Part shown: positions 29,830 through 41,800 of the stretch, piece by piece | How positions within the stretch are numbered: the stretch's first letter is position 1 | How the letters are laid out: each line of letters starts with the position of its first letter | The notes under the pieces: model-generated | What the model was told of the DNA's origin: nothing | The model's input: the letters and a program-made list of their open reading frames with translations, nothing else | Database searches by the model: none | Position numbers and translations under genes: made by a program | IMG/VR virus record: IMGVR_UViG_3300036770_005357 | Source of the DNA: a virus | Lineage: Duplodnaviria > Caudoviricetes | Direction: 5' to 3' (one strand) | Length of the DNA stretch: 64,000 nucleotides

Positions 29830-30546
29830 TCAAGAACAAGCAATTTTAAAAGTAAAAGCTGCCGACTTTTCATATCGTTTTCTTAAATCAACGGAAATAG
29901 ATCCAAATACAGCAATATAACAAATACTTACCATTCCATACCAATTTTGACCCGTGCCATGCCATCCTAGTCTATGTGTTAAATTTGTACCAGCGTTACC
30001 ATTCCTTATTGTTGATGACAAAATATTTGGAACGCCAACCGATATGTTACCGGCAGTTACACCTGTATATCTACCATTTATGTTAACATCAGTTACGTTA
30101 TTTGATGAGGAGTCTTGCATTTCTATTGCAGCAAATGGTTGAGTTGTTGTGAGAAATGTATTTGTATAATAAGATAAAAATCCCTGACGAGGAAATCTAG
30201 TAACAAAACCATCAGTTGCTATGATTACATCAATAGTAATATGTACATAATTTGGAGATCTATTTAATTTACCAACTATAACATATGATTGATCAGCAGT
30301 TGTAGTTATTCCACTAGTACTTGTTAAAATAGTGTTAGTACCATTAAAATCTACCGCTGGATTTCCGTTAATAAGTCTACTATAATATGTTGGTCTAACT
30401 GTTGCTTCGGTAAAATCAGTTGTTGTAGCTCTATTTGACCATGTTGTTAAAGCACTACCATTACTTACTCCGGTTATAAATCTTGAATCTAGAACTATAA
30501 TAGCACCTGAAGATTTTGCGTTTAAATGTCTATTTCTTCTATGCAT
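29830..30546 (-). CDS. virion beta-sandwich (LamG-like) protein
   Basis: VLDSRFITG...WSNR...PT.....ING.PAVDFNG pattern. Confidence 0.55.
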   Translation of the reverse strand: MHRRNRHLNAKSSGAIIVLDSRFITGVSNGSALTTWSNRATTTDFTEATVRPTYYSRLINGNPAVDFNGTNTILTSTSGITTTADQSYVIVGKLNRSPNYVHITIDVIIATDGFVTRFPRQGFLSYYTNTFLTTTQPFAAIEMQDSSSNNVTDVNINGRYTGVTAGNISVGVPNILSSTIRNGNAGTNLTHRLGWHGTGQNWYGMVSICYIAVFGSISVDLRKRYEKSAAFTFKIACS

Positions 30547-30552
30547 ATATTA

Positions 30553-33500
30553 TTACGCTGTTGTATAAGTTATTTCTACGCCTAATAATCTAGCGTCTAC
30601 AGCTAAAGTATCACTTGCATTCGTCGCATCTCTATAAATTTCAAATATAATTGGTTTACTATTAGCCAATGAACCGCTTATTGTAATTGCACTTGTTGCC
30701 GGACTTATGTGCATATCATATGCTTTAAGCAATGTATCTGTAGCTGTTTGACCTGTACCCAGATTGCCTGTAGAATTAAGTGTATCATCATCCGAATAGA
30801 TTCTACCTCTTAATCCCCAAACAACTGCGCCTGAACCACCGTTGGCTGACCAATAGAATTTGCCTGTTACTGTACTGGAACCATTCCAATTATTTGGAAG
30901 TACTCGCATTACTTGTACATATTCAATTATACCTGCGTCAAAATCTAGAGTATCATAATTTACTCTAGCACTGCCTGTTAATTCTGTGCTATTTACACCG
31001 GACCCACTGAATGATCTTGGAATCATTTCGCCTGCACCTATCCAAATGTTTGAACTATTTGGAACAGTTTTCCATACAGTTTTTGTGCCTGTTGTATAAA
31101 GTACACTACCACTTGTACCAGCACTATTATTACCATCATAATAAGCACCGTTTAGTCTCATACTACCCGATACTTGCAATTTTTGTGATGGTTTATTTGT
31201 ACCTATACCTACTCTACTACCGCTTATAACGAAGTCATTGGCATTGTATTTACCCATGAATATTCTATCATCACTCCAAACATCTACTACAGGCAGACCA
31301 CTTACATCATTTACAGTGAATAGTGAACCTGACAATGTATCTGTAACATTGAAGAGTGTACCTGTACCACCATCTGTTCTTAATACGCTTAAATTACTAC
31401 CGCTTCTATATACTTGTAATTTAGCGGATAAGCTACCGGATACGCCTATACCTACGAAGCTACCGGTACTATGTTGCAATCCTTGACCAAAGGCACTACC
31501 ACTTGCGAATATCAAGTTAGCTATATTTAATTGATTACTACCAGCAGGTTTTCCTGCGTCAATATTGTGTCCTATTATTATATTACTGTTGCCTGTCGTT
31601 ATATTATCACCAGCATCAACGCCTACAGCTATATTTCGTTGACCACTTGTTAATGTACCTAAAGCGCCGTAACCGAATGCGTTGTTATCATTACCGGTCG
31701 TATTATTTACTAAAGAATTATATCCAAATGCACTATTAGCAATACCAATTGTATTAGCTTGTAATGCTTGATGTCCGAAAGCACTATTTTGTATACCCGT
31801 TGTATTACTTGCTAACGCTAAATAACCGAAAGCATTATTGTTATTGGTAGTATTATTTAGTAATGCATAGGCACCAAAAGCATTACTACGATTGCCGGAT
31901 GAGTTATTATTTAACGCTTTATTACCAAATGCTGTATTAGCACCACCCGTTTTATTTAATCTCAATGCGAAATAACCAAATGCACTGTTTAATCTACCAC
32001 TTGTATTTTGGTAGAGTGCTTGATTTCCAAATGCACTATTTCTATTTCCAGTTGTATTACTTGCTAAAGCATAATTACCGAAAGCATTATTATTATTTGT
32101 TATGTTATTATAAAGCGCTTTATAACCAAATGAATTATTAGCACTTCCACTTATATTTTTAAATCCAGACAGTCTTCCAAAACCATTATTACTTGATCCT
32201 AATACATTACTTGCAAGTGCTAAATGACCAAAAGCACTATTAATATTACCCGTTATATTAGCAATTAAACTACCATATCCAAACGCACTGTTTCTGGTTC
32301 CAATTGTATTGTTCTTTAATGCTAGATGACCAAACGCTGAATTTATACCAGTTGTATTACTTGCTAATGCTCTATAACCGAAAGCATTATTATTATTTGT
32401 AGTATTATTCTTTAATGCTTCATAACCAAATGCACTGTTAAAATTACCGACTAAATTTGCTCTTAAAGCGTTTGTACCAAATGCACTATTTCTTGTACCA
32501 CTTGTATTAAATATAGAAGCGTAATGACCAAATGCATTGTTGTCAACACCTGTTGTATTATTAAGAAGAGCACTGTTACCAAATGCATTGTTTCTTACAC
32601 CTGTTGTATTAACTTTTAATGATTGATAACCAAAAGCACTGTTAAAATTACCTATTGTATTACTTGCTAATGCTTGATGACCAAATGCACTGTTTTTATA
32701 ACCAGTTGTATTGCTTGCTAGAGCAAAGTAACCGAAAGCATTGTTATTGTTAGTGGTATTTGCTCTGAGAGCATACATACCAAATGCATTATTATTATTT
32801 CCAGCAGTATTTAATCTGAGAGCAGATAAGCCTATTGAATTATTATTATTACCCGTTAAATTATCAAATTGTGATGCTCCACCTATAGCAATATTATATA
32901 ATCCGGATGTGTGTTTATTTAAAGCATAAGCACCGAAAGCAGTATTATACCTACCAGTCGTGTTACTTGCTAACGCTCTGTGACCAAATGCACTATTATT
33001 ATCTCCGGTTATATTATTTTGTAATGCTTGATGACCAAATGCACTATTAGCAGTACCAGTTGTATTGCTTGCTAATGCTCTATAACCAAATGCGTTATTA
33101 TTGTTTGTGGTGTTATTATATAATGCTTGATGACCAAACGCATTATTTCTTACACCGATTTGATTACTTGTTAATGCTAAGTGACCGAACGCATTATTTT
33201 GTGTACCTGTAGTATTACTACCTAAAGCTTTATAACCAAATGCGTTATTGTTATCACCCGTTGTATTTACAACAAGACTCAACTCGCCGAATGCGTTGTT
33301 TCTAGAACCAATCGTGTTATCTCTTAAAGCAGCTAAACCAAAAGCATTGTTTCTTACACCCGCCGTATTATTTGTTAAAGCGGCATAACCAAATGCACTA
33401 TTTCGGGTACCGATTGTATTGTCTTGTAACGCATAATTACCAAATGCTGTATTATATCTACCACTTGTATTACTTGCTAATGCAAAACTACCAAATGCAC

Positions 33501-36500
33501 TATTATTTGCAGCTGTATTAGTATAGAGTGCTTTATAACCGAAAGCACTGTTACTACTGCTTATTGTATTCGCGTTAAGTGCTCTATGTCCAAATGCACT
33601 ATTTCTTTGACCGGTAGTATTATTTTTTAACGCGTAGTAACCGAATGCGTTATTATTGCTTGTAGTATTGTTATATAAAGCAGCGGTACCAACAGCATTA
33701 TTATTATTACCTACAGTATTATTTTGTAAAGCCGATCTACCTATTGCAATATTATTACGACCAGTTGTATTAAATCTTAAAGCAGCTACGCCAAATGCAT
33801 TATTTTGATAACCAAATGTGTTGCTTGCTAATGCTAATATACCAAATGCATTGTTATTATTACCAGTAGTATTGCTTATTAAAGCTTTATAACCAAAAGC
33901 ACTATTACCAGCACCAGTCGTATTATTTTGTAATGTTAAATGACCAAAGGCACTGTTTTGTACACCAGTAGTATTGCTTGCTAGAGCATAACTACCAAAT
34001 GCATTGTTAGCATTTGTCGTATTACTACTTAAAGCACTTCTACCAAATGCGTTATTATTACTACCAATTGTATTATCTGTTAAAGCTCTTCTGCCAAATC
34101 CATTGTTATTTATACCGGAAATATTATCTCTCAAAGCCCAATCACCAAAAGCATTGTTGCTGTCACCAATTGTATTGTTTTGTAAAGCACCATTACCAAA
34201 TCCGTTGTTTAGTATACCAGTAGTATTATTTTGTAAAACACCATTACCAAATGCATTGTTGTTTCTTCCGATCGTATTATTTCTTAATGCGGCATAACCA
34301 AATGCATTGTTTTGTGTACCGGTTGTATTTGATCTTAAAGCAAATGCACCGAATGCACTATTTCCTCCCGCTATATTCGTATATAGTGCTCCATAACCGA
34401 ATGCACTGTTACTACTGCTTATTGTATTAGCTTGTAATGCTCTATGACCAAAAGCGCTGTTACGATATCCTGTTGTATTACTTCTCAAAGCATAAGCACC
34501 AAACGCATTATTATTATTCGTAGTATTATTTTGTAAAGCTACATTACCAAATGCGTTGTTATTGTTACCTATACTATTACTATTTAAAGCACCATTGCCA
34601 AATGCATTATTATATTGACCACTTGTATTATTTGTTAAAGCTTGTGTACCAAACGCGTTATTTCTTGTACCCGTTGTATTATTTACTAAAGCTCTATCAC
34701 CAAAAGCATTATTTCTAACACCGATTGTATTACTTGCTAGAGATTGATAACCAAATGCACTATTTTGTACACCGGTTGTATTATTTTGTAATGCTTGATG
34801 ACCAAAAGCACTATTAGCAGTACCAGTTGTATTGCTTGCTAAAGCATAAAATCCGAAAGCATTATTATTGTTTGTGGTATTTGCTTGTAAAGCATTTCTA
34901 CCAAAAGCATTGTTACTACCACCGGTTTGATTTGATGCTAATGCTAATGTACCAAAAGCATTATTATTAGCAGCGTCAACAATATTATGACCGGCTCTAT
35001 AACCAAATGCATTGTTATTGTTACCAATAGTAACACTATATAATGTTCTATAACCAAATCCACTGTTATTTACACCGGTTGTATTAAATCTTAATGTATT
35101 TACACCAAACGCATTATTTCTCGCACCTATCGTATTACTTTGTAATGCATTTATTCCGAAAGCATTATTATTACTACCTACAGTATTTTTATACAGTGCA
35201 TAATGACCGAACGCTGCATTTTGTACACCACTTGTACTATTTCTAAGTGCTGAATTACCAAATGCGTTATTGACTATACCCGTGGTATTACTTGCTAAAG
35301 CTAAATAACCGAAAGCATTATTTCCAAAACCAATTGTATTGTTTTGCAATGCTTTATGACCGAAAGCACTATTAACATTACCAGTTGTATTACTTGCTAA
35401 TGACAAGTGACCGAAAGCACTGTTACCATGACCTGTTGTATTATTTGTTAATGACTTATAACCAAAAGCATTATTGTTGTTGGTTGTATTAGCTACTAAA
35501 GCATAAAATCCAAAGGCATTGTTATTATTACCCGATACATTATTTACTAAAGTTTGTGAACCAACTGCTGTGTTGCCATTACCAACTGTATTTGTTACCA
35601 AAGCGAAATTGCCTAGAGCTGTATTTTTTATACCAATGGTATTTGCATATAAAGCTCCTCGTCCAAATGCGATATTGTTGTTACCCGATGTATTTAGTCT
35701 TAAAGCATGACTTCCAAATGCACTGTTCCAATATCCGGTTGTATTAAGTTGTAATGCTAAATATCCAAATGCAGCATTTTCATATCCGGTTATATTATTT
35801 GCTAATGCTAAACTACCAAATGCACTGTTACTATATCCTCTATTTGTATAAAGTGCTAAATAACCGAAAGCACTGTTACTGCCACTGATTGTATTTGCAT
35901 TAAGTGCTCTGTGACCAAATGCACTATTTTTAGTTCCGGTTGTATTGCTTCGGAGAGCCATATAACCAAACGCGTTATTATTACTCGTTGTATTATTATA
36001 TAATGCTTGAAAGCCTACAGCGTTATTATTATTACCAATTGTATTATTAGTTAAAGCACTTCTTCCTACAGCAACATTTCTAATACCACTTGTATTAAAT
36101 ACTAAAGCGTTTGTACCTAATGCTGTATTATTTGTTCCCGTTGAATTTTGTTGTAATGCTTGAAGACCTACAGCAACATTATAATTACCGAATGTATTAA
36201 ACATTAAAGCCGCTTGACCAAATGCACTGTTAAAATTACCGGTAGTATTACTAGCTAAAGCTATGTCACCGAATGCACTGTTTTGTTTACCTCTATTTGT
36301 ATATAGTGCTTTATAACCAAATGCACTGTTACTGCTACTAATTGTATTAGCTTGTAACGCTCTATGACCAAATGCACTGTTTCTATGTCCGGTTGTGTTA
36401 CTTGCTAATGCAAAATTACCGAAAGCGTTATTACCACTTGTTGTATTATTTAAAAGAGTTTGATAACCGAATGCATTATTATTGTCACCAACTAAATTAT

Positions 36501-38847
36501 TATTTAGAGATTGCATTCCAAATGCATTATTTAATACACCGGTTGTGTTACTAAATAATGCATTTAATCCTACAGCAGTATTTCGCCCTCCGGTTGTATT
36601 GTTAAATAAAGCTGCACTTCCTATTGCTACATTATATTTGCCGAATGTATTTTTATATAAAGTAGTGCTCCCAAATGCGACATTAGCTCTGCCTGTAGTA
36701 TTATTTTTTAACGATTGATTGCCGAATGCGCTATTAGAATCTCCTTTGTTCGTATAAAGTGATTTATAACCGAAAGCGCTATTACTACCACTGATAGTAT
36801 TTGCTCTTAATGCTTGATGACCGAAAGCACTGTTTTGTGCACCAGTTGTATTGCTTGCTAAAGCCAAATAGCCAAAAGCATTATTGTTACTAGTTGAATT
36901 ATTTCTTAAAGCATAAAAACCGAATGCATTATTTCTATTAACAGGCGTACCCAATCCTAAAGCACCAACACCAACAGAAACATTGTTAATACCTGATGTA
37001 TTAGAATATAAAGAACCTACACCAACAGCTGTATTTGACGCTCCTGTAGTATTTTTATTTAAAGCATTATTACCAAACGCACTATTATTTGTACCAATCG
37101 TATTAAACATTAACGATTTATAACCAAACGCACTATTACCACCACCTGTTGTATTTTTATTTAAAGCATAATAACCAAATGCATTATTATTATTACCTAT
37201 TGTATTATTATTTAAAGCGCCGTATCCAAATGCATTATTTTTATAACCCGAAATATTACTTGTAAGAGCTAAATTACCAAATGCATTGTTATAATTACCA
37301 CTTGTATTATTCTTCAGTGATTGATTACCGAAAGCATTGTTAGATATACCAGTTGTATTGCTTGCTAGAGCAAGATAACCGAATGCACTGTTAAAATTAC
37401 CTATTGTATTATTCTTCAATGCTTGAAGACCAAATGCACTATTAGCTACACCTGTTGTATTACTTGCTAAAGCATAACTACCAAAAGCACTATTATTATT
37501 TGTAAGATTATTATACAAAGCATAAATACCGAATGCGTTATTACGAAACCCCGATACATTTTTAGTTAATGATTTTGCACCAAATGCTGTATTTGAACCG
37601 CCTGTACGATTGAGTCTTAATGCGAAATAACCGAATCCGCTATTGAAAGTACCACTTGTATTTTGATATAATGTTTGATGGCCAAATGCAGAATTAACTG
37701 CGCCTGTTGTATTACTTGCTAGTGCTAAATAACCGAAAGCATTATTACTGTCACCTGTGTGTTTACTTAAAGCGTAAAATCCAAATGCATTGTTTCTATT
37801 ACCAATTAAATTATATTGTAAAGCATTTCCACCAAATGCATTATTTCTAACGCCACTCGTATTTCTTCTTAAAGCACCAACGCCAAATGCACTATTAACA
37901 TTACCAGTTGTATTGCTTGCTAAAGCTATATAACCAAAAGCGCTATTACCTTGACCAATCGTATTATTTAGTAATGTTTTGTGGCCAAATGCACTGTTGC
38001 TTATTCCAGTTGTATTGCTTGCTAACGCTAGATAACCGAAAGCATTATTAGCATTTGTAGTGTTGTTTAGTAAAGCACCGTGCCCAAATGCGTTGTTATT
38101 ATTACCTCCTAAATTAGCTTGTAATGTATCAACTCCGAATGCGTTATTGTTTACTCCAGTTACATTTACTTTTAATGCATAAGCACCGAAAGCGTTGTTA
38201 AAATTTGCATTGGAACTTGCTAATGCTGCGGATCCAAATGCTGAATTTAAAATACCAGATGTATTTGTTATCAAACTTTGATGTCCCACAGCAGTATTTG
38301 CATAACCTGTAGTATTACCACTTAATGCTTGTCTACCAACTGCGGTATTTGCATAACCTGTAGTATTGTTATACATTGCATAACTACCGAAAGCACTATT
38401 ACTATTACCAGTTGTATTGTTGTATAGAGTGCCTCTACCAAATGCTGTATTTAATGTACCACCTGTATTAAAATTTAAAGCACCAGCGCCTACAGCAGTA
38501 TTGCTTATTACAACACCACCACCTCTACCAACTCCTATACCTTGAATTACAGCAGATTGACTTACATATAAATTTCCTTGTACTGATAATTTAGAACCGG
38601 GACTTGTTGTACCTATGCCGATATTACCACCGGTTTCATACATTACGCTATTGCCAATAGAATTGGCAGCCGTAAACTTAGGAATATAATTTGTTGTACC
38701 CGCTATATTTGTGGTTACTATACTACCACTGAAGCTTCCCGTAAAACTTTTCGCTTCTACACTGTTCTCAAACCTTACAAAGCTACTGCTTACAGTGATA
38801 TTACCGCTGCTTGTTATAAAGCTATTTTTTATTTGAATTTTAGCCAT
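30553..38847 (-). CDS. giant fibre/adhesin with ~165 14-aa N.AFG..AL..N.TG repeats
   Basis: Continuous ORF; start ATG 38847 (the track start is TTG); repeats span ~31570-38500; C-terminal beta-sandwich domain. Confidence 0.9.
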   Translation of the reverse strand: MAKIQIKNSFITSSGNITVSSSFVRFENSVEAKSFTGSFSGSIVTTNIAGTTNYIPKFTAANSIGNSVMYETGGNIGIGTTSPGSKLSVQGNLYVSQSAVIQGIGVGRGGGVVISNTAVGAGALNFNTGGTLNTAFGRGTLYNNTTGNSNSAFGSYAMYNNTTGYANTAVGRQALSGNTTGYANTAVGHQSLITNTSGILNSAFGSAALASSNANFNNAFGAYALKVNVTGVNNNAFGVDTLQANLGGNNNNAFGHGALLNNTTNANNAFGYLALASNTTGISNSAFGHKTLLNNTIGQGNSAFGYIALASNTTGNVNSAFGVGALRRNTSGVRNNAFGGNALQYNLIGNRNNAFGFYALSKHTGDSNNAFGYLALASNTTGAVNSAFGHQTLYQNTSGTFNSGFGYFALRLNRTGGSNTAFGAKSLTKNVSGFRNNAFGIYALYNNLTNNNSAFGSYALASNTTGVANSAFGLQALKNNTIGNFNSAFGYLALASNTTGISNNAFGNQSLKNNTSGNYNNAFGNLALTSNISGYKNNAFGYGALNNNTIGNNNNAFGYYALNKNTTGGGNSAFGYKSLMFNTIGTNNSAFGNNALNKNTTGASNTAVGVGSLYSNTSGINNVSVGVGALGLGTPVNRNNAFGFYALRNNSTSNNNAFGYLALASNTTGAQNSAFGHQALRANTISGSNSAFGYKSLYTNKGDSNSAFGNQSLKNNTTGRANVAFGSTTLYKNTFGKYNVAIGSAALFNNTTGGRNTAVGLNALFSNTTGVLNNAFGMQSLNNNLVGDNNNAFGYQTLLNNTTSGNNAFGNFALASNTTGHRNSAFGHRALQANTISSSNSAFGYKALYTNRGKQNSAFGDIALASNTTGNFNSAFGQAALMFNTFGNYNVAVGLQALQQNSTGTNNTALGTNALVFNTSGIRNVAVGRSALTNNTIGNNNNAVGFQALYNNTTSNNNAFGYMALRSNTTGTKNSAFGHRALNANTISGSNSAFGYLALYTNRGYSNSAFGSLALANNITGYENAAFGYLALQLNTTGYWNSAFGSHALRLNTSGNNNIAFGRGALYANTIGIKNTALGNFALVTNTVGNGNTAVGSQTLVNNVSGNNNNAFGFYALVANTTNNNNAFGYKSLTNNTTGHGNSAFGHLSLASNTTGNVNSAFGHKALQNNTIGFGNNAFGYLALASNTTGIVNNAFGNSALRNSTSGVQNAAFGHYALYKNTVGSNNNAFGINALQSNTIGARNNAFGVNTLRFNTTGVNNSGFGYRTLYSVTIGNNNNAFGYRAGHNIVDAANNNAFGTLALASNQTGGSNNAFGRNALQANTTNNNNAFGFYALASNTTGTANSAFGHQALQNNTTGVQNSAFGYQSLASNTIGVRNNAFGDRALVNNTTGTRNNAFGTQALTNNTSGQYNNAFGNGALNSNSIGNNNNAFGNVALQNNTTNNNNAFGAYALRSNTTGYRNSAFGHRALQANTISSSNSAFGYGALYTNIAGGNSAFGAFALRSNTTGTQNNAFGYAALRNNTIGRNNNAFGNGVLQNNTTGILNNGFGNGALQNNTIGDSNNAFGDWALRDNISGINNNGFGRRALTDNTIGSNNNAFGRSALSSNTTNANNAFGSYALASNTTGVQNSAFGHLTLQNNTTGAGNSAFGYKALISNTTGNNNNAFGILALASNTFGYQNNAFGVAALRFNTTGRNNIAIGRSALQNNTVGNNNNAVGTAALYNNTTSNNNAFGYYALKNNTTGQRNSAFGHRALNANTISSSNSAFGYKALYTNTAANNSAFGSFALASNTSGRYNTAFGNYALQDNTIGTRNSAFGYAALTNNTAGVRNNAFGLAALRDNTIGSRNNAFGELSLVVNTTGDNNNAFGYKALGSNTTGTQNNAFGHLALTSNQIGVRNNAFGHQALYNNTTNNNNAFGYRALASNTTGTANSAFGHQALQNNITGDNNSAFGHRALASNTTGRYNTAFGAYALNKHTSGLYNIAIGGASQFDNLTGNNNNSIGLSALRLNTAGNNNNAFGMYALRANTTNNNNAFGYFALASNTTGYKNSAFGHQALASNTIGNFNSAFGYQSLKVNTTGVRNNAFGNSALLNNTTGVDNNAFGHYASIFNTSGTRNSAFGTNALRANLVGNFNSAFGYEALKNNTTNNNNAFGYRALASNTTGINSAFGHLALKNNTIGTRNSAFGYGSLIANITGNINSAFGHLALASNVLGSSNNGFGRLSGFKNISGSANNSFGYKALYNNITNNNNAFGNYALASNTTGNRNSAFGNQALYQNTSGRLNSAFGYFALRLNKTGGANTAFGNKALNNNSSGNRSNAFGAYALLNNTTNNNNAFGYLALASNTTGIQNSAFGHQALQANTIGIANSAFGYNSLVNNTTGNDNNAFGYGALGTLTSGQRNIAVGVDAGDNITTGNSNIIIGHNIDAGKPAGSNQLNIANLIFASGSAFGQGLQHSTGSFVGIGVSGSLSAKLQVYRSGSNLSVLRTDGGTGTLFNVTDTLSGSLFTVNDVSGLPVVDVWSDDRIFMGKYNANDFVISGSRVGIGTNKPSQKLQVSGSMRLNGAYYDGNNSAGTSGSVLYTTGTKTVWKTVPNSSNIWIGAGEMIPRSFSGSGVNSTELTGSARVNYDTLDFDAGIIEYVQVMRVLPNNWNGSSTVTGKFYWSANGGSGAVVWGLRGRIYSDDDTLNSTGNLGTGQTATDTLLKAYDMHISPATSAITISGSLANSKPIIFEIYRDATNASDTLAVDARLLGVEITYTTA

Positions 38848-38872
38848 AAATGTAGTCAATTATAAATATTAA

Positions 38873-41800
38873 CTACATTTTTCTTATCATCGCTTTTATA
38901 ATATAACTTTCACCTTCACCAGCTTCCAACGCTTGAGCTATAACTTTACCAAATAAATCCTTCTTGAATATAGATCCTCGTTTTACAGCCTTACCATGAC
39001 CCTTTTTCTTGCTGGTAACTATATAATCACCTATTTCTACCTTGCCAGTTACTAATATAGGTTCAGCACCCAATACGATAGGTTCATCTCTACCATTTTT
39101 AGCTACACCCATTACCAATTCATCTTCATCAATTTCACAAGGCGCACATCCATTGTACTTCCATACAACAATTGTACCGGTAGCCAATTGAGCTAAATCT
39201 CTAGTTCTTAAATTAGCTTCTAATATACCACCTACAGTGGTTTGTACGACATATATATCACTAAATCTATTGCTTGGACCACCTAAAGCATATACACCAT
39301 CACCTACAGGAGCAATACTACCACTTACTTGTAATCTAAATGATGGACTTGTTGTACCTATACCAACATTACCGTTACTATCAACATTAACTCTTCTATT
39401 ACCTTGACCGTCGGCAAGTATGATGTTGTTAGCTAATGTTGCACTTAAACTTGTTACATTCGCACCGAGAATTGTATTATAATTACCCGTGGTAATTCCT
39501 CTACCTGTATTAAATCCGAGTATTGTATTTGTTCTACCAGTTGTTACATCATAACCAGATGATTGACCTACCGCGGTATTTTCCAAACCAGTTGTAGTAC
39601 TTCTTAATGAATAAGCACCAAATGAACTGTTGTCAGCACCTGTAGTTTGACTAAACAAAGCTTCTCTACCGAAAGCACTATTTTTTGAACCTATTGTATT
39701 GTTTTGTAAAGTGGTATGACCGAAAGCACTATTATTTGTTCCGGTTGTATTGCTTGCTAATGCTAAATAACCAAATGAATTGTTATTGTTTGTGGTGTTA
39801 TTATACAGAGCTTTTAATCCAAAAGCGTTGTTATTACTACCTATTGTGTTAAGCTGTAATGTTTGATGACCGAATGCGGCGTTATTTACACCCGATGTAT
39901 TACTTCTTAAAGCATAATAACCGAAAGCATTATTATTTGCACCGGTAGTATTATTTCTTAAAACACTTGAACCAAATGCATTGTTTTTAGCACCCGTACT
40001 ATTTGTATACAATGCTCTAAAACCAAATGCATTATTATTTCCACCTGTAGCTGCGCCTAGAGCAGAACCTCTTAAAGCTTCTGTACCAAATGCGTTGTTA
40101 GCTGCACCCGCTGTATTATTATACAGTGTTCTAAATCCGAAAGCATTATTTGAACCCGCGTTGATATTTTTCAAAGATCCATAACCAAATGCGCAAATAT
40201 TGTTAACACTTCCTGATTGATACATCGCAAATGCACCAAAAGCACTATTATTGAGTCCACCGCTTCTTCTTTGAAACGCTCTGTAACCAAATGCACTGTT
40301 ACCATAACCGGTTGTATTACTTGCTAATGCAACATGTCCAAATGCACTGTTTCTAAACCCGGTTGTATTACTTGCTAGTGTTTGATGACCAAATGCACTG
40401 TTATTTACGCCGGTTGTATTAGCAGTTAAAGATTGATATCCGAAAGCATTGTTGTTATTTGTAGTATTATTTCTCAAAGCATTTCTACCGAATGCGTTGT
40501 TGTTACTACCGATTAAATTTTCGGTTAAAGCTGCAGATCCAAAAGCTGTATTTAAAGTACCGGAAGTATTTTTGCTTAATGCATATGCGCCAAAAGCGCT
40601 ATTTCTTATACCCGTTGTATTGCTTATTAATGCATTATGACCAAATGCACTATTATAATTACCAAATGTATTATTATTTAATGCTCTATGACCAAATGCA
40701 CTATTAAATGTACCAGTTGTATTGTTCGCTAATGCCGAATAACCGAAAGCATTATTATTGTCTGTTGTATTATTATAGAGAGCTTTAAATCCAAATCCAT
40801 TATTATTGTTACCAATAGTATATGATAGTGCTCTGTAACCAAATGCATTATTATAATTACCATTACCACCCGTGGATAAAGCCTTATATCCAAAAACATT
40901 ATTGCCAGTACCACCACCGCCATATAACGCATAATTGCCAAATGCGTTATTTTTAATGTTACCAGCCCCACCTTTTATAGCACTAAATCCAAACGCATTA
41001 TTATGTTCGCCATTTTGATTGTTATTTAAAGTAAAATTACCAAATGCATTATTTTTTTGACCGGATGAATTATATTGTAAAGCATAATAACCAAATGCAT
41101 TATTATGATCGCTTTGATTGCTATACAAAGCACTTACACCAAATGCATTGTTGTTTAGGCCAATAAGATTTCTATTTAAAGCACTAAATCCAAAAGCACA
41201 ATTATTTCTACCACTAGTATTGCTGGCTAATGCTAAATCACCAAATGCACTGTTTTTATAACCAGTTGTATTATTTATAAATGCACTATTACCTACAACT
41301 GTATTAGTAACTATATCACCACCACCTCTACCGATTCTTACACCATCAATTATGCTAGTTGCACTGCTACCACTAACATGGAAAATTGCTGCTGGAGATG
41401 TAGTACCAATACCAATTCTACTACCACTTTCAAATATAGGCGTTACAGTATCACCTATAGTAGTACTACTTGTAAATTTAACAATTGTATTGGTTGTACC
41501 ACTTACAGCTACACTTGTACCACTCGTACCAGCACTGCCAGATGTACCTGAACTACCAGATGAACCGCTTGTACCTGATGATCCGGAAGATCCACTTGTA
41601 CCGCTGCTGCCAGATGTACCTGAACTTCCACTCGTACCTGATGATCCGGATGAACCACTTGTACCTGATGATCCGGAAGATCCGCTTGTACCAGATGAAC
41701 CACTTGTACCGCTGCTGCCAGATGTACCTGAACTTCCACTAGTACCCGACGATCCGGATGAACCACTCGTACCACTACTACCACTTGTACCACTCGTACC

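Noticed and set aside
32741-40707. Short + strand LLLP/NAL-rich ORFs within the 14-aa repeat genes
   Set aside because: Antisense artefacts of the repeat
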